Below, one piece after another: positions 26,731 through 29,702 of a DNA stretch of 29,702 bases. The stretch comes from Candidatus Fraserbacteria bacterium (lineage in GTDB: Bacteria; Bipolaricaulota; Bipolaricaulia; RBG-16-55-9): assembly GCA_037442925.1 (NCBI GenBank), contig JBBIPG010000023.1, positions 1 through 29,702 on the forward strand, written 5' to 3'. Under the pieces are notes generated by a model that was given only the letters and a program-made list of their open reading frames with translations, was not told the origin of the DNA and made no database searches. Within the stretch, counting starts at the first letter, position 1, and each line of letters begins with the position of its first letter. The position numbers and the translations under genes were made by a program.

Positions 26731-29154
26731 ATGCAGGTCGCAATTGACGGACGAGCTGTTTCTGCGTGTCGCGGAGCAACCGTCTTAGAGGCTGCGCGCG
26801 CGGCAGGCATCTATATCCCGGCGCTCTGTGCTCATCCCGACTTGATGCCCGGTCCTCGTGCGCAACCAATCTCGACCATCTATCGCAGCACAAACAAGCT
26901 CGAAAGCGATGGGAGTTCACGAACGCAGGGTTGCCAGCTTTGTCTTGTAGAAGTCAACGGAGAACTACATCGCGCCTGCGACACAGTCATCTCTGAGGGA
27001 GTGAGCGTTCAAACAGACACAATCCGAGTCCGCGAGGCACGCGGTTTGCATCTTAAAGAGATTCTTCAAGATCATCCCCATGCGTGCTTGATCTGCCCCT
27101 TGGCCTTGGGTTGTGATCGGCTGAGCTGTACGATGAATGTGCCTGTCGAGGAGCGGTGTTGCTCGCTCTTTGGTCGCTGCGAATTGCAGAAGATCTCTGA
27201 ATATATCGGCATCCCACCAGAGACGCCCCGCTATGCGCACAAGAAGCTGCCTATACTCAAGAACGAGCCGCTCTTTGATTTAGACTACAATTTGTGCCTC
27301 AACTGCCTGCGCTGTGTGAGTGCTTGCAACGATCTGCGTGGCGTGGGCGCCTTGGGCTTTGTCATCCGGGATAGTCGCGCTCTCTTCGGTACAGTTGGTC
27401 CAACGCTCTTAGAGTCAGGCTGTAAATTCTGTGGCGCTTGCGTTGCCGTTTGTCCCACGGGTGCTCTCATGGACAAGGGTGGTAAAAAACTCCAAGATGA
27501 AGACTCGCTTGTGCCCTGTCGTGCCGGTTGTCCGGCAGGCATTGACGTGCCACGCTACGTTCGTCTGATTGCGGAAGGCAAGTACCCTGAAGCCCTGGCC
27601 GTCGTCCGAGAGCGAGTGCCATTTCCCCATGTGCTGGGATACGTCTGCTATCACCCCTGCGAGACGGTCTGCCGACGAGGCGGACTGAATCAGTCCATCT
27701 CCATCTGTCGGCTCAAGCGGTTCGCCGCCGAGCATGATGACGGGAGCTGGAGATTGAAGGTCAAGCGAAGCTTGCCAACGGGCAAGCGAGTCGCCGTCGT
27801 CGGTTCCGGTCCGGCGGGATTGACAGCGGCTTACTATCTGGCGCGCAAGGGGCACGCTGTGACTGTCCTTGAAGCTCTTCCACAAGCTGGAGGGCTAATG
27901 CATTATGGCATCCCAGCGTATCGTCTGCCGCGTCAGATTCTCGATGCTGAGATCTCTGAAATCGAAGCCACGGGCGTCGAGATTCGAACCAATGTGAAAG
28001 TCAACTCTATCGAAGAGCTTTTCGCACAAGGCTTTCAGGCAATTTATCTCGCAGCAGGGGCAACACGAGCACGCAAACTGAACATCCCTGGCGAAGATCT
28101 TTCGGTCGATGGCCTCACATTCTTGCGGCGAGTCAATGCAAGCGAACGTGTCTCTGTAGGAGCGCGTGTGGGTGTCATCGGCGGCGGAAACGTGGCAACC
28201 GATTGCGCACGCACCGCTCTGCGTCTTGGAGCTCAGCAAGTGGTCATTCTCTATCGCCGCACCCGAGCAGAGATGCCTGCCTACCCTGAAGAGATCGAAG
28301 AAGCCGTATACGAGGGTGTCGAGATCGAATATCTGGTGATGCCTCGGCGGATCGAGAAAAGTTCCCCAGGCCTGCGTGTCGAGTGTGTGCGGACACAGCC
28401 AGGGCCTAGGCAAGCTGAACCAGAGCCAATCACAGGAAGCGAGTTTTCAATCGAGTTTGATATGGTACTCGTTGCCATCGGCCAAGAGCCGGAACCAAGT
28501 CTGCGAGCTGCTCTTGAGGCAAAGCAAGCAGGCGTGTTTGCGGGTGGTGATCTTGTGAGCGGACCCTCCTCGGTGATCGAAGTCATCGCGATGGGGCGAC
28601 GAGCGGCGAGCGAAATCGATCGCTATTTGGGGGGGGATGGAGATATTAGCGAATGCCTCACCATGCCTGATGAAGTTAACAATCGCCTAGGCCAGGAGCT
28701 TGATTTCGCGAGTTCAAAGCGCTATGAAGCTCCGTGCTTGTCCGTCATGGCACGGCGTACAGAATTCGCCGCTGTGGATGAGGGACTATCGGAAGAGGCA
28801 GCACTTGCGGAAGCAGCGCGATGCTTGCGATGCGATTTACGACTCAGACTGTCGAGTGTGCCCTTCCCTCCTCAGCGCACAGTCAACCCCCTCACAAATG
28901 AGGGGGTTACCAAAGTACCAGATCGCGCTGGGGTCTATCAGCTGTTCGATCAAGACCAGAACGTAATCCAGATCAAGGGTGTGCCTGATTTACAGACTGC
29001 GTTGAAAGAGCTATTGCCAAGCGTCAACTCTCGCTTCTTCGTCTATGAGTTGGTCGAGTTCTACACGCAGCGTGAGAGCGAACTGTTGCAGGAATACTTG
29101 CAGAAACATGGACGACTTCCCCAAGGCAATGACGAACTGGAAGATCTCTTCTGA
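26731..29154 (+). CDS. bzdV: BzdV-like NAD(P)H:ferredoxin oxidoreductase (NuoG-like Fe-S N-terminus, GltD-like flavin domain, small C-terminal domain)
   Basis: IPALC...CQLCLVE...AC (2Fe-2S), HPHACLIC, CLNCLRCVSAC, CKFCGACVAVCP, PCRAGCP, GSGPAG, GGGNVATD, YRR and EAARCLRC. Confidence 0.82.
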   Translation: MQVAIDGRAVSACRGATVLEAARAAGIYIPALCAHPDLMPGPRAQPISTIYRSTNKLESDGSSRTQGCQLCLVEVNGELHRACDTVISEGVSVQTDTIRVREARGLHLKEILQDHPHACLICPLALGCDRLSCTMNVPVEERCCSLFGRCELQKISEYIGIPPETPRYAHKKLPILKNEPLFDLDYNLCLNCLRCVSACNDLRGVGALGFVIRDSRALFGTVGPTLLESGCKFCGACVAVCPTGALMDKGGKKLQDEDSLVPCRAGCPAGIDVPRYVRLIAEGKYPEALAVVRERVPFPHVLGYVCYHPCETVCRRGGLNQSISICRLKRFAAEHDDGSWRLKVKRSLPTGKRVAVVGSGPAGLTAAYYLARKGHAVTVLEALPQAGGLMHYGIPAYRLPRQILDAEISEIEATGVEIRTNVKVNSIEELFAQGFQAIYLAAGATRARKLNIPGEDLSVDGLTFLRRVNASERVSVGARVGVIGGGNVATDCARTALRLGAQQVVILYRRTRAEMPAYPEEIEEAVYEGVEIEYLVMPRRIEKSSPGLRVECVRTQPGPRQAEPEPITGSEFSIEFDMVLVAIGQEPEPSLRAALEAKQAGVFAGGDLVSGPSSVIEVIAMGRRAASEIDRYLGGDGDISECLTMPDEVNNRLGQELDFASSKRYEAPCLSVMARRTEFAAVDEGLSEEAALAEAARCLRCDLRLRLSSVPFPPQRTVNPLTNEGVTKVPDRAGVYQLFDQDQNVIQIKGVPDLQTALKELLPSVNSRFFVYELVEFYTQRESELLQEYLQKHGRLPQGNDELEDLF

Positions 29155-29359
29155 ACAGCTCGAGAGTGAAAACTGGGAGCGGCGAGGGATCTTCACCGAG
29201 CCGAGACTTAGCGAGCTTGTCGCGCTTTACCAGGAATTGGGCTATGAGGTGCTGGTAGTGTCTCCCGATCCCTCAGAGATTGACGACGCGCCTTGTCGTG
29301 AGTGTTTCTTGCTCTTTCCAGAACGCTTCAAAGTGCTTTATACGCGTTTGACCGTTTAA
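29129..29359 (+). CDS. Small conserved-looking hypothetical protein with CxxC, closing the bzd cluster
   Basis: WERRGIFTEPRLSELVALYQELGYEV...CRECF...LYTR; overlaps the bzdV end. The start is uncertain. Confidence 0.65.
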   Translation: MTNWKISSEQLESENWERRGIFTEPRLSELVALYQELGYEVLVVSPDPSEIDDAPCRECFLLFPERFKVLYTRLTV

Positions 29360-29702
29360 CTGATCGGAAGACTGCACGTCCTGTATTCACAAGGAATAGC
29401 AACAGGGCGACAACATTGAGCAGCCCACCCCACTGGCGTCCCGGTAGCCAACTCAGCAAATCCCCCGCAACCCGCAAGAGCAGTGAAGCGTGTAAGAGAG
29501 CAACATGAGCATAGAAGACTTGCTGGAAAGATATGCCTCTTCCCAAGATCGCAGGGAAGATGATCGGCGCGTGCCCAAAGATCATGGAGAAGACGAAGCC
29601 CAAGAAGAAAGCGTGCAACATGGCATCATATTTTGGCCCCGTGATGACCTCACCAAATGTGAATGCCAAGATTCCACTTACTCCTAACCACACATAGCCT
29701 AC
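29328..29702 (-). CDS. Integral membrane protein, C-terminal part (NnrS-like or unknown)
   Basis: Hydrophobic helices with YDAMLHAFFLGFVFSMIFGHAPIIFPA; the frame appears to continue beyond the window end. Confidence 0.7.
   Translation of the reverse strand, partial: VGYVWLGVSGILAFTFGEVITGPKYDAMLHAFFLGFVFSMIFGHAPIIFPAILGRGISFQQVFYAHVALLHASLLLRVAGDLLSWLPGRQWGGLLNVVALLLFLVNTGRAVFRSVKRSNAYKAL

Noticed and set aside
26731..29154. [FeFe]-hydrogenase, formate dehydrogenase or selenoprotein call
   Set aside because: Only the shared N-terminal Fe-S module is present; there are no H-cluster or molybdopterin motifs and no in-frame TGA.

Overview
Bacterial genomic window from a probably anaerobic lineage; the taxon cannot be fixed from sequence alone. 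From left to right: (i) the edge of a probable IS5-family element, then an Xis-HTH antitoxin with an internally deleted MazF/PemK toxin; (ii) a minus-strand clpC-radA-disA-purine nucleoside phosphorylase operon, where DisA has substitutions in both diadenylate-cyclase motifs (DGA->DRA, RHR->RHL); (iii) a putative beta-barrel lipoprotein, a DUF4015-like hydrolase, a DUF4129-membrane protein-MoxR unit and a secreted FG-GAP propeller; (iv) an MntR/DtxR-boxed metal operon (regulator, Tat two-domain multicopper oxidase, ZIP, NRAMP MntH, USP, YVTN propeller); (v) a compact Bzd-type benzoyl-CoA reductase cluster (HTH-GNAT fusion, atypical amidohydrolase, Dch-like hydratase, bzdN, O, P, Q, M, V and a small CxxC protein), split by an antisense VapBC module and lacking had, oah and a CoA ligase. 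The best candidates for novelty are the HTH-GNAT and amidohydrolase head of the dearomatisation cluster, the degenerate DisA coupled to PNP, and the oxidase-ZIP-NRAMP operon. All calls come from motif recognition; no searches were run.
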